This document shows, piece after piece, positions 31,181 through 42,107 of a DNA stretch of 64,000 bases. The stretch is taken from the IMG/VR virus record IMGVR_UViG_3300027801_000019, positions 3,617 through 67,616 of that record, one strand, 5' to 3'. Made by a program: the position numbers and the translations under genes. The notes under the pieces were generated by a model. The model worked only from the letters and a program-made list of their open reading frames with translations. It was not told the origin of the DNA and did not search any database. Positions within the stretch are counted from its first letter, which is position 1, and the number at the start of each line of letters is the position of its first letter. This stretch comes from a virus.

Positions 31181-31476
31181 TTTCGGTTTTCCCCCCTTTT
31201 GGGTTAGTTACCCATACACGCCGTAGCATATAATGGTTCGGATTGGGTGAGTTTTACGAGCTTTGGTGGTATTAGTTAAGCCGCCCCCCAAGATAAGGGG
31301 ATGGGATAAGATTACTCGAAAACAAAACTCGCTAACTCGTGCAGTATATTTTTCCTTCAAAAAACGCATTCGCCTGATGTGTTGGTTGTCATGTTGTTGT
31401 CAAAAAGTGACCTTATGGTGGGGGAATCCCACCGGATTGATATTGGAAGAACCTTTTCATATTACCACCTATTTAT

Positions 31477-32085
31477 TCAAAGACTTGGTGGTGCGTTATA
31501 TTCCCAATCGCATGACCTACAAAACACTAACAATCCGTCTTCGGAGTCGTCATAGTTAAAGTAATCTTCGCCAGCCGCACCATTGATAACTTCTTCACAC
31601 ATATTACAAAGAATGATTATGCTTTTTTTCCTTCCATCCTTTTCATTTTTATAGGTGTGTCCAACAAGTTTGTGTGATTTACAACGGTGGTCGTAGTAGC
31701 CCGCTTCCCCAGTCACATATGAATGTTCTAATGTGTATTCGGAAATAACTTCATCACGATGAACCATTTCATTGCACACAAAGCACTTCACAGTGATACC
31801 ATGTCGCTTTTCAAAGTCGGCCTTCATTAGTGCTTTGCCCTTTTGTTGTCGGTCAAATACCTTGTATGCCCGTAGTAGTATTTGCATACGGACAATTTCT
31901 TGTTCGTAGTATTGCTTTAATACCACCATTGATACACCAATAGGTATTTTGCTTTCCAGCGCACTTATTAATTCGTCGTTTGTGGTTGGGTATGTTAGAT
32001 TATTGCTAACACACACCAACTTCAGAAACGCCATTTCCTTTTCATTCAATTTTATATTCTTCAATTGTTTATTTTCGTTATTCAT
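31477..32085 (-). CDS. Zn-finger-like protein (cassette gene)
   Basis: CFVC, CKSH, CNMC, CRSC; AGGAGGT RBS. Confidence 0.75.
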   Translation of the reverse strand: MNNENKQLKNIKLNEKEMAFLKLVCVSNNLTYPTTNDELISALESKIPIGVSMVVLKQYYEQEIVRMQILLRAYKVFDRQQKGKALMKADFEKRHGITVKCFVCNEMVHRDEVISEYTLEHSYVTGEAGYYDHRCKSHKLVGHTYKNEKDGRKKSIIILCNMCEEVINGAAGEDYFNYDDSEDGLLVFCRSCDWEYNAPPSL

Positions 32086-32424
32086 GTTTTTTACCTCCTT
32101 TTTAGTCGCATCGGGCTTTGTTATTGTCGCCCGCTACAACCACTGCTGGGGGTATGTGGGTATAAAGGTTTATATTGGGCGTCTTAGTGGAGCTTTGGTG
32201 GTATTATATGAGGTGCGCCTCCGGCCTCAAGTTTTTAGGATAAGGTCTCGAAAAAAAACTATGACAAGTCGTGCAGTATATTTCACTGTCAGAAACTCGA
32301 AAGACGGCGAATCCTTAGCATATGTAAAAAAGCGATAAAAAAGTTAAATCCAATAGGTGAACTTAATGTGGGGAATATCCCACCGATTCAAACATTATCT
32401 TAATAGTCATGGTATCACTTCAGT

Positions 32425-32952
32425 TCAATATGACCTATCGTGGGTTGGCGGGAAGTGTGTGTAGTCATTTGTAGTGACTAAATCCATACCATACCTAAAG
32501 TGTAATTCCGCCTCAACTGCATCTAATACACCATTACCAAACATACCCTTTAGAATGCCCGTTAAAACTTCAGGTATTCCGCCGCCGATGTGATGCGCTA
32601 ATCCAACTTCGCAGATTAACTTTATTTCACAATCGGTTGTGTGGCGTGGGTCAAAGTTAACTTGTAGGTTGTGTGCCACTAATTGTAGCGTTACAACTTC
32701 CCTGTTTGACATAATCCACACTTCAGGTATTTGCGGGGTTAAACATTCCCGACATTTGTAGGCTTGCGGAGTAGGTTGTTCCGATACATCTTCAGATTCC
32801 CCGTCACCACATAACTTACCGCAGTAGTCGCATTCACGACACCCGCAACCATGTATTTCACCAAATTGCCTTATGTGCCATTCGTAATGTTCCTTTGATA
32901 GAACATGACCGCAACCACATACAATTTCATTCGTTTTTTTATCTTCTTTCAT
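32425..32952 (-). CDS. Zn-finger-like protein (cassette gene)
   Basis: CGCGH, CGCRECDYC, CREC; AGGAGG RBS. Confidence 0.75.
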   Translation of the reverse strand: MKEDKKTNEIVCGCGHVLSKEHYEWHIRQFGEIHGCGCRECDYCGKLCGDGESEDVSEQPTPQAYKCRECLTPQIPEVWIMSNREVVTLQLVAHNLQVNFDPRHTTDCEIKLICEVGLAHHIGGGIPEVLTGILKGMFGNGVLDAVEAELHFRYGMDLVTTNDYTHFPPTHDRSY

Positions 32953-33254
32953 TATTTTTGCCTCCTGTTTTTTTGGATGGCCGCCGTTGCGACCATGTTA
33001 GGCTGTGGGGGTAGTAGCATATATAATGTTCTATTAGGCAAGTATAGCGAGCTAAACGCACTTTATTCATCTTGCCGCCTCGTCGAGTTAGGCAAGTTTA
33101 AAGCCTACGAAAAAACTTCACAAATAATCGTGCAGTTTATCCGCTTGTGTGACGACTGTTAAGTTTCATGCAATGCTACGCCTTACAAAACATGAAGGCA
33201 GTTAGGGATGCCAGCCCGAGCTGATGGTGGGTGATACAAGTTACCATCAATTGA

Positions 33255-33569
33255 TTAAGCACCGTAGGATGCGCAGTCGCAACCACATAATTCAGTCATA
33301 TACAACCATTCAGGTGTAGCAATTTCAGAAGGGTCATGCCCACAAAGACAATGTGAGAATGAGCCATCTTTGTTGTAGGAAGTGACGGTGTAATTACCAG
33401 CGGCCATTTTTGCATTGAGCTTTTTAATATCAGCCAAGACTTTTACAACACGAACACATGGTTTGCAGTAAGCAAGCATTGTGAAGGTTGGGTGGCCTAC
33501 ATAAGGTATATCCACCATTTCATCGGAAGGAAACCATTCGGAGCAGCCGCAGCACATATCAGGATTCAA
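33255..33569 (-). CDS. Cys-rich small protein
   Basis: CCGC..CKPC..CLCGH. Confidence 0.6.
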   Translation of the reverse strand: MNPDMCCGCSEWFPSDEMVDIPYVGHPTFTMLAYCKPCVRVVKVLADIKKLNAKMAAGNYTVTSYNKDGSFSHCLCGHDPSEIATPEWLYMTELCGCDCASYGA

Positions 33570-34282
33570 GATAAATCAACCCCATAATTAACAGGTTTTG
33601 GTGAGCAAAGGTCGCCGGTGGCAGAAAGACAAGGCCCTTCAGAATAATAACCACAGCGAAGACAAATTGGTTTAGCAAGATGTATTTTGGTATAACAGTC
33701 TAAACAATATTTTGAGTCGTTATTACCGAGCATCATTGTCTTTTCCGAGAACCATTCATCGCAGTGAAAGCATTCATCCTTTGGTGAGCCCCATACATCG
33801 GCCATAAGAATCTTTGGTTCACACCAGATTCGGTGTGCGCCGCACAGGTGGATTTCATATTTTAAGACAGTTCTATGACTATCAGTTTGGGCAAAGAATG
33901 CGAAGTCCATAAGAATGCAGCCGCAGTCAAGTGTTTGTTGTTTGCCTAACTTTTGAAGATTGTATTTGGCGACAGTTGCAGCGTGGTCATCCCAGCATTC
34001 GGTGTCATCATGAGGGATGCAATCGTCATCATAATAGTCGGCGTAGCAAGGTGAGCAAAGGAGTTCATTGCCACCGTCGCACCCAGCCACATTGATGTAT
34101 TGAGTAATTGGTCTATCGCAAGTATCGCAATTGCCGATTATGTTCCCCAAGTTGGTGGGGATTCGAGAATCAGAGGTCAATCGCAAGTCGGGCATCGGGG
34201 GTGTGTCGGGTCGTTCCGCCATAACAAGACATCGGGGGCATTGCATATATACCCTGCGTATGGCCGAAGTGGGGTGCATCAC
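33566..34282 (-). CDS. Multi-Zn-finger-like protein
   Basis: Six or more CxxC pairs; start uncertain. Confidence 0.6.
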   Translation of the reverse strand: MMHPTSAIRRVYMQCPRCLVMAERPDTPPMPDLRLTSDSRIPTNLGNIIGNCDTCDRPITQYINVAGCDGGNELLCSPCYADYYDDDCIPHDDTECWDDHAATVAKYNLQKLGKQQTLDCGCILMDFAFFAQTDSHRTVLKYEIHLCGAHRIWCEPKILMADVWGSPKDECFHCDEWFSEKTMMLGNNDSKYCLDCYTKIHLAKPICLRCGYYSEGPCLSATGDLCSPKPVNYGVDLS

Positions 34283-34628
34283 GATTGAGTTTTAGCGAGT
34301 TAAAGGGATATACGAGTGTGTATCACATTCCACCTCATCGGATGGTTGGGGGTGGGGGGAATAAATGTCTCGAAAACTATTTTTTAAATATCGCACAGTT
34401 TAATGCAGTCTCTATCTTGGCCGCCGCCTCAAGTTTTTTATTTGAGTTGAGCTCGAAAAAAACTTAAGTAAAATCGTGCAGTTAAGTAAAACGAAAATAC
34501 GCCATTTAGCTCGTGCCTCGATGATGATGCACCGCACTTGCCTATACCGGCATCTATATATAGTAGTGATGCGTAAGACTATCATGGGCAAAGTGAAGAC
34601 CAGCCCTACAAAAAGGAGGCAAAAAATA

Positions 34629-35129
34629 ATGAAACAAGATAAGAAAAATCCGAAAGCGGAGAAAGAAGCAAAGGAAGCACCACCAGCTGAAGCTGTTGCT
34701 GTAACTTACTTGCCACCCACCGAGAACCAGTGGAAGGTAATGAAGATGCGCAACCGAGATTACCTGGATGCTAACAAGAAGATGATTGACGAAGAACTGG
34801 TGCTACAAGCAGCAGCTCTTGCAGTTGATGAGAAAAACCGAGGGATGGTAACATTCTCCCCTTATCAGGCGAGCCTTATGGTAATCGCCCTCGAGGCGGC
34901 GTTGTTAGTCTTCACTTCAATGTGCTCAGAAGCAATTCGTGTAAAATCTGTCTTCATTAATTTGAAGGCGGATTTCGGACTGCAGATAGCTCGATTGAAC
35001 GGACTCATTGATGGCACAGTTAAGGCAATGACACCTGCTGAGAAAATTGCGAACAAGGCCGCTCTCGAAGAGAAGATGGCTGAAAGCGCAAAGCTCCAAG
35101 CGGAAATATTAGCCTTGAGTCAAGTCTGA
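34629..35129 (+). CDS. Helical protein, paralog 3
   Basis: MKMRNRDY motif; TATA at about 34555, AGGAGG RBS at 34614. Confidence 0.75.
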   Translation: MKQDKKNPKAEKEAKEAPPAEAVAVTYLPPTENQWKVMKMRNRDYLDANKKMIDEELVLQAAALAVDEKNRGMVTFSPYQASLMVIALEAALLVFTSMCSEAIRVKSVFINLKADFGLQIARLNGLIDGTVKAMTPAEKIANKAALEEKMAESAKLQAEILALSQV

Positions 35130-35147
35130 TTCTGGAAGCTCTTTCCA

Positions 35148-35249
35148 TTCAAGTAAACTTGTGAATGCGTTCACAAGCCGAGCACAAAAGTAAGTCTCGT
35201 TTCGCTCCCCTTGAGGCTGAGGCCTTGAGGGGAGCTCCATTTTTTTTTT
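35148..35249 (+). terminator. Three-hairpin 3' element with poly-T (RNA type B, copy 2)
   Basis: CTTGTGAA-TGCG-TTCACAAG, CGAG..CTCG, 14-bp hairpin 35204-35235, T-run. Confidence 0.65.
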
Positions 35250-35719
35250 GACTTATTTTTAATCAAGGCAGAAATGCTATAAATCTCGAGACTCTCGAAA
35301 AATACTCGCTATTGCTTGGCAGAAGATTAAAATCTTGAGATATAACGAAAACACCGAAAATCAAATCGTGCTCAAAAAAAGCGGGTCGAGTGTGTTTCAT
35401 AGTAGGAGTTTGTTTAACATCTCGCTATAAGGTATCGCCCCTCGCCTTCTCATATATTAAAATAGTAAGACAGTAAATCCATGCAGAAAATCTCCAGCCA
35501 ATCAATACAAGACTACCATCTTATCCCCGAAGTTACACAAGGCAAAGAGCCGAAACTCCGCACCCGAGCGGTTAACTCATATATGATGCACGAACCCCAT
35601 AGGTTTATATAGTTTGACGATAATCTCATATTAGGTGGAACGACAGAAAACTTACAGTAATCGGTAGTATCTTGTCTCCCCAAAAAATAACTGAAGATGA
35701 AAAAACGGAAGGTGAAAAA

Positions 35720-36193
35720 ATGTATGATAACAAGGATTACTTCTCCCTCGAGGAGATAGAAAGAAATGGCAGAAGCTGTCGTTATGAAGTTTGTGTGGCC
35801 GATGGAAGAATCGGTCTCCAAGTAGTAACATTCAGGACAGATTCATGCTATCAAGTTGAAATTGGTTTAGGTGTTAAGTCACCTCTATATACCGGAGGCA
35901 CATGGGTCACAAAGACCAAGATTGCTTATTGGGATGGAGCTGGTGCGGATAGGCAACCTGAGGAAAAGGAACAAGTGCAAGACCATCTAAATCAGGTATC
36001 TTGGCACATGGGCAGCGTCTGGAATGTTCGAGATGTTGAATCCTCAGTCTTTGACTTTATCTTATCTGATTACGGGTCAGTTTCTATTGGTATAGCTCAA
36101 CTCAAAGCGGTTAGGCTTCAGATGATGATGGCAAAGCAACTTCAATTACAGCAAGCGTTCTTACAGGACTTTATCGCAGGTGATGCAATATGA
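35720..36193 (+). CDS. Hypothetical protein, first gene of early operon
   Basis: TTTATATA at about 35604; GGTGA RBS before ATG 35720. Confidence 0.7.
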   Translation: MYDNKDYFSLEEIERNGRSCRYEVCVADGRIGLQVVTFRTDSCYQVEIGLGVKSPLYTGGTWVTKTKIAYWDGAGADRQPEEKEQVQDHLNQVSWHMGSVWNVRDVESSVFDFILSDYGSVSIGIAQLKAVRLQMMMAKQLQLQQAFLQDFIAGDAI

Positions 36194-39100
36194 GTAAGGC
36201 AATTAATCATTGTTGTATCAAGCTTAACAACATCACTTGTGTATATGAAAATCCTAAGGGAATGCGTGTATGCTCAGATTGCTATATTCCAGGCAAATTA
36301 TATTTGTCAGTCACTTACACCACTACACTGAGGTTTGATGTATGAGTTTAGATAATGGATTCTTTACCTTCCCTCTATGCAAAGAATGCAAGGGAGTTGT
36401 TGGTTATGTGAACAAGCAAGGCAATTGTTCTCCATGCGCTGCAGACCTACTGAGGTGGAATGAATGAGTGGGATAGATATTATTCTTAAGGATAGACGGA
36501 TTGCAGAAGACAGAATCAAGCGAGCCTTGAAGGTCTTAAGCTCATGGCCTACGGATGAAATGCAAGAAGAAGAAGGCTTCTGTTGGAGGAACTTTTTCTC
36601 AGGCATGGGATGTGCCGCCCGAGACATCTTGGAGGGAAATGAATGACTTCCGATACATCAGCTGGCTTCATGTATTGCAGCTTCCCTAAGTGCGACAATA
36701 GAACTGACATGGGTCATAATCTTGTCTGTAATGAATGTGCTCTAAGATTGTTAGGGATAACAATTAGAGGTGATGAATCATGAGTGAATTAGTTTATTGT
36801 AACTCATGTTGGAAACACATTGGCAAGCCCATCTTCGCATGGGGTCGCAGGTTTGAAGCTTGTGCTTGTGAAACACCAAGCCCTGATGAGCGAGACACAG
36901 ATATGAAATATTCTGAAGTACTTGCAGATGTCTGCGAGAAAATCAAACAAACTCATGTGAAAGCAGTTAAGAATGAGAAATGGACTGATGAAGCATTAAA
37001 AGAAATGCTTAAGATGCTTGACATTGAAGGAGATGATGAAGATGAAGAATTACTATAAAATAGAAGATGAAGTGGCCTACCGGCTTAAGGAGAAAACTGA
37101 TTGCGCCCACTGTCGAGAAAAGTTTTTCGAGCCAGATGGAGAATATGTAACATCTCAAGGAGTATTGTGTGAGTTACATTGGCTCAGATTGCTTGTCAAA
37201 AATGCTCAAGACAATACCCGCATACAAGATGAGTTAGGTGCAAAAGTTAAGAGGGATATTAATCTCGAGTGTTCTCTTTGTGTTGGAGAGTCTAATGACA
37301 AGGGAGAATACATTACCTCTCGAGGTATAATGTGCAAGTATCACTGGAACAAGGAGTTTACAGGAAGGTGTGTTGCTAATGAGTGAGCAACACTCATTTA
37401 TTGGGATGCCAGCATCTCGAACTGCTCGTAACGATATACCTTATCTGTTTAAGAATCAAGGAAGATTAGTTATAACAACTGAATCATATCGCTTCTCTTG
37501 TTGTCCTATTTTGAAGCCCATTGTCTGGGTTGCCGGAAGAAACTGTGATATTCGAGGCGAACTTCATATTTGGAAGTGCAGCGGTTGTGAGGAGCTTTTC
37601 TCTATTCAACATTCGCCTGCTTGCACACAAGGGCTTTGCAGATGCTTGCTTGACAAAACCAAGTATAAAGTGGTAGAGTCAAAATACATGAGGTGATTAT
37701 GATGTGTGAAAATGAAGATAATCCTTGGAGAAACATTAGATTTATTAAGGAAGATTTAGCGTTGCTAACTGAACATAAAAATCCAAGAATAGCTTATACC
37801 GCAGGAGTTTTATTACACCAGCGCAACTTAGAAGAAGAAGCGAAGGGAAAGCATGATGAATGGTTTAAAGATTTAGAGGATGAGTATGTGGAGAAGGTGG
37901 GCTGATATGAAGACAAGAAAAGAACCTATGTATGAGCGTGATTGCATCACCTCAAGAACTTGCCTTCGTAATACCAGTGCAAGACCAGGTCTTTATCCTG
38001 AGAGCAGACAGCCAAAGGAAAGACTTAAGTTATATAGGGTTGACTCACATTGTAAATCTGCTCATGCACCTGAAGAAATTGTGCAAGACTGCTGCATCTT
38101 ATATGGCGTAGCCGAAGATGGAGCTCGCTTTATATGGAGTCATGTCTTCCAATACTGGAGAGAAGCACAAGTAAAAAAATATGAAGAAGAAAATGGAGAT
38201 GAGAAAAATGAGTGAAAAAACTGAAATACGAAAACTGGAGCAAAATCCTGCGCAGCTGCGCAGATGGACTGACCTTGTATGGCATGACTATGAGATGGGT
38301 AAATATTCTCAAGAAAAGGCTTTGAGACCAGCATTTATGGGGCAAACAAGACAAGCTTGGATAGATGAGAAAATGGAAGCATTCCTTGAAACTCACCCTA
38401 ACTACCTCGATGGTGACGAAGATGGAGATTGGCCAGGTTACAAGAGAAGTGGCCTACGAGACCAAATGGAAAATGAATCTTCTTTTTATACATTCGCCTT
38501 AATTGATGGAAGTTATAGACCAGGAGCTTGGTATGTAATGATGACTCAAGAAAGCCGACAATATCTTGGGCCAGAAGAAGGAGGAACTTGGGGCGGTTGT
38601 TCTCGATTTGTTCAATGGACTTCCTTCTATACCCGAGAAGAAGCAGTAGAGTTTATTGAGTTTTACAATGCCAACAAGAAAGCTGGCACAACCAACTCGG
38701 ATTCCCTTGAGTTACTTGGTGGTGACGATACAGTCTCATCAACCTACCCTGAAGGTTATATCCCTACTGGCTTCTCTTTTGATAAATCCTTAGAGGTCTA
38801 TTTAGTAATCCTACCTTATGTGCCTGAGCCGGAGCCTTATTACTATGAATGAAGAAGATATAATCAGGTCACTTGCTCATAGTATGCAGATGACTGTCCG
38901 ATTCTGGCTCAAGAGTGGTATGTCAGACGAGACCAGAAAAGTATGCGAAGAATATGAAAATATCTTCAGGGGAATCTATGTGAAACCCTTCCGGCAGAAA
39001 CTTTGGGTTGTCTCGAGATATTCAGCGCAAGTTTTGTTATGGGGCGATAAGATGTTTGGAGGAAATTAAGATGGATTACAAAGCAAAGAAAAGAGATGAA

Positions 39101-40317
39101 GATGGATTTAAAAAACCACTTAACAATAATGGTTGGGCTCATATTCACGAGTATGAGATATACATAACCTCAAGCAATCCTGTGAAGTTTACTTGGCAGT
39201 GTTGCTGGTGTGGGAAAAAAAGAAATGAAGATAAGAACGATAAAAGAAAGTGGTGAATGAAAATAAGGAGTGAAAATAAGATGAGTGAAAATATAATAGA
39301 TGAAAATATACGATGCAGAAGATGTCGCAGTTCAGCTGTGGCATTCAGGAAGAATGTTTTTGGGTATAACCTTGAGGAATGCCTAAGGTGCAAGTTCACC
39401 TACATAAGCAATAGAATGAAAATTAGGAAACTTGTTAAAATTGAAGTTCCTGAAGAAAAACTTTGTTTTGTTGGCTGTGTTTGTGCATCTTGTTATCCGG
39501 AGGACTACCGATGAAGTGCGAGAATTGTGGCTCAAGTGCCGATACTGAGTTTCATCATGCCGGTCAAGTAAGTTGGTGTTCCCCCTTAACTGGGTGCAAC
39601 ATTGATTCTGTTGTTGAGGATATACTACAAGCTGTAATAGTGAAGCACAAAGAACTGATAGCAGGCAAGAACAGGAACATATGTGCTGGAGAAACTAATG
39701 AATCTTATGATGAAGCAAGTGACTCAATTATACCGATACACACTTCTTATGCAGAAGTAAGAAAGTGGGTTGAAGAACAGATGAAATTAATAGTGCAAGA
39801 AATGGCTGAAATGGAGTATGGTTTCTGATGCCTAATCGAGAAACTTCAAGTCATGGGTGGGTTCATGCGAGCGAGCCAACTTATGTTCGTAAAAAACTCT
39901 TCGTGTCATTCATTTGTATTAATCAGGTTGCTGGAGTAACTCCAGCAAAAATACCATGCAACACTCTAATTACTCATTGTTCAGTATCTGAGGATGATAT
40001 TGAGTCTCGATGCCCTGAATGCAATTTCCCTCACCTTCCTACCGAGTATCAAATCTGGGGGGTTTCTGATGAGTGAAGTAGTAGTAGTATGTCATCGTTG
40101 CCGAGCAGAAGATAGGCCAGACCATACAAGAACTTATAAGACATTTGCTAAGAATGCTTACTGCGTATGTGGCACTGCCCTTCATGTTACAACTCTTGAT
40201 GAAAATGAATTATTTACTTGCATACATTGTAAATCTCTAATTTATGGTCTGGATAATGACGGCTCAACTTCTTGGGTGGACTGGAATGATTGCGGCTGTA
40301 AGAATAAGGTGGTCTGA
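36190..40317 (+). other. Chain of about 16 small overlapping ORFs, mostly CxxC Zn-finger-like
   Basis: Includes 36464-36646, 36780-37058, 37018-37386, 37370-37696, 37693-37905, 37907-38215, 38818-39069, 39257-39514, 39511-39828, 39828-40076, 40069-40317; ATGA overlaps and GGTGA/GGAG RBS. Confidence 0.75.
38208..38852 (+). CDS. Acidic phage-type hypothetical protein
   Basis: RQYLGPEEGGTW resembles a GPEEGGW motif recurrent in small phage early proteins. Confidence 0.6.
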   Translation: MSEKTEIRKLEQNPAQLRRWTDLVWHDYEMGKYSQEKALRPAFMGQTRQAWIDEKMEAFLETHPNYLDGDEDGDWPGYKRSGLRDQMENESSFYTFALIDGSYRPGAWYVMMTQESRQYLGPEEGGTWGGCSRFVQWTSFYTREEAVEFIEFYNANKKAGTTNSDSLELLGGDDTVSSTYPEGYIPTGFSFDKSLEVYLVILPYVPEPEPYYYE

Positions 40318-40615
40318 TGCTTAAATCAACATCTGTCTTATTGTTCAACATCTCTAAATGGGTGGGTTGAGTTACTATGTTATTTTTATCTTCAACAAAC
40401 CAATTTATCTCATTTTTACGAGACCAAGCCAAACCTCATCATTATATCTTGGCTAACAAAAAATATCTGGTTCAATTTTTGGAGCAGAAAAATATAGGGC
40501 GAAAAACTTATCCCGAAAAGCTGCAGACGAAAACCTTGTGCAGTAAGCGAGTCACAGTTGCTACCGGAATGTTTATAAACCCCAACGACCAATACTCATA
40601 TAGGCGGAAAACCAG

Positions 40616-41653
40616 ATGACAAAAAAAACGAATAAATCTAAGTCCAATTTGGCACGAGACAAAGTAATTAAAGAAATGGCTGACCTTGTAAGCGAGGCAA
40701 TCAAAAAGGGCGAGAAGCCTTGGCTAAGGCCTTGGGATACTTCCAAATGCACAAGTGGTCTTGCTCATAATGTGGTTTCAAAGAAACCTTATCGGGGTGT
40801 AAATCAGTTTTATTTGGGTCTATGCTCGATTGACTTTGAGTTTGCATCATTCAAACAATGGTCTGAGGTTGGTCGCAAACACGCTATCAAAAATGGTGAG
40901 TTTGAGATGGCTACCGATAAAGACGGCAAATCCTACAAGAAGACTACCACATACTACGGAGTTCAGAAAGGTGCAAAGGCTGTAACTGTTGTTTATTTCA
41001 CCATGTTGAAATTAGAAGACAAGGACAATCCCGATGAAATTAACATGATTCCTTTACTCAAGTGGCATAAAGTGTTCGGAAGAAGTGATACCAACATACC
41101 TGCCCCAATCATTGAGAAGCCAACGGAGGATGAAATGCCTACCTTTACCGAGATTCAAGAAAGAATTGAAGGGGAAATGCACGATTGGATGGAGTCGGAG
41201 GGTATTGGTTTTGCCGAAGGTGGTGAACGAGCCTTCTATCGCTATTCAACAGACCACATTCAAATGCCAGATAAAATAGCATTCCCTTCTGGTTATGCTT
41301 ATATGCCTACACTATTTCACGAATCAGTTCACTCAACCGGACACAAGAAGCGTTTAAACCGTAAGATGGGTATGGGTATGGGAAGTGATGAGTATGCTTT
41401 CGAGGAATTGGTAGCGGAGATGGGTGCATCCCTTCTTTGTCGCCACCACAATATTCTTCCAACCGATGCGTTGGAGGATGGTTTAGAAAACCAAGTATCA
41501 TACATAGCACATTGGCTCAAGCAATTGAAGTCAAATCCAAAAACAATTATTCAAGCAGGTAGTAAAGCGCAGCGAGCGGTGGACTATATACTTGGAACAA
41601 CATTTGAAGACAATAAAAACGATGAAAAAAAAGGAGATATAAAAGATGAATGA
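40616..41653 (+). CDS. ardC: ArdC-like antirestriction protein (ssDNA-binding domain plus zincin-like metallopeptidase)
   Basis: PWLRPW, PYRGVN, FASFKQW, VQKGAKA; FHESVHSTGH and YAFEELVAEMGA. Confidence 0.9.
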   Translation: MTKKTNKSKSNLARDKVIKEMADLVSEAIKKGEKPWLRPWDTSKCTSGLAHNVVSKKPYRGVNQFYLGLCSIDFEFASFKQWSEVGRKHAIKNGEFEMATDKDGKSYKKTTTYYGVQKGAKAVTVVYFTMLKLEDKDNPDEINMIPLLKWHKVFGRSDTNIPAPIIEKPTEDEMPTFTEIQERIEGEMHDWMESEGIGFAEGGERAFYRYSTDHIQMPDKIAFPSGYAYMPTLFHESVHSTGHKKRLNRKMGMGMGSDEYAFEELVAEMGASLLCRHHNILPTDALEDGLENQVSYIAHWLKQLKSNPKTIIQAGSKAQRAVDYILGTTFEDNKNDEKKGDIKDE

Positions 41654-42107
41654 TTACAGCGAGAACTTAATTGGGATTGACTGCAACTTCGGTTGCACTC
41701 ACTATATTAGCGAAGATACTGCGTGGAGCTTATTATGCGGTGCGTTTGAAGGTGGTTCAAATTATTGGATAGACCAATGCAGAATCCCTGATACTATGGA
41801 AGCAAGACGAGCAAGAACCTTAGGGATTGCACAAACATGGGAATCTGGCAAACTAAACGCTTGTATCGCTACACAATCATGGAGATACATACACCAAATA
41901 CCATTCCTTACCAATGGCCACTTGTTTATCAAAGCCGATGGAGTGGAATATATGTTGGATAGAAATGCTCTAATTCAAGGAATTGAGGGGATTGCCGATA
42001 TGGATAACAAGAGGCACCTTCATGATTTAATATCTGAATCTGGTGATGCTATCACATCTGATTTATTTCTTCAATTTGCTTTATTCGGTGAGGTGATTTA
42101 CGGATGA
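41646..42107 (+). CDS. Phage-type hypothetical protein
   Basis: AFEGGSNYW..DAITSDLFLQFALFGEVIYG. Confidence 0.65.
   Translation: MNDYSENLIGIDCNFGCTHYISEDTAWSLLCGAFEGGSNYWIDQCRIPDTMEARRARTLGIAQTWESGKLNACIATQSWRYIHQIPFLTNGHLFIKADGVEYMLDRNALIQGIEGIADMDNKRHLHDLISESGDAITSDLFLQFALFGEVIYG

Larger units (their letters stand above)
29309..35374 (+). repeat. Dispersed bipartite motif (T/A)CGAAAA..TCGTGCAGT, about 10 copies
   Basis: First half-sites at 29310, 29322, 29389, 30214, 30726, 31316, 32248, 33107, 34370, 34453, 35345; start-to-start spacing 21 nt (20 in the first two). Confidence 0.9.

Noticed and set aside
29309-35374. CRISPR array or integron attC array
   Set aside because: Repeats are bipartite with variable middles, hundreds of bp apart and not palindromic; no cas operon or integrase in the window
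29141-35374. Hammerhead ribozymes suggested by the CGAAA motifs
   Set aside because: No CUGANGA core in suitable position on either strand
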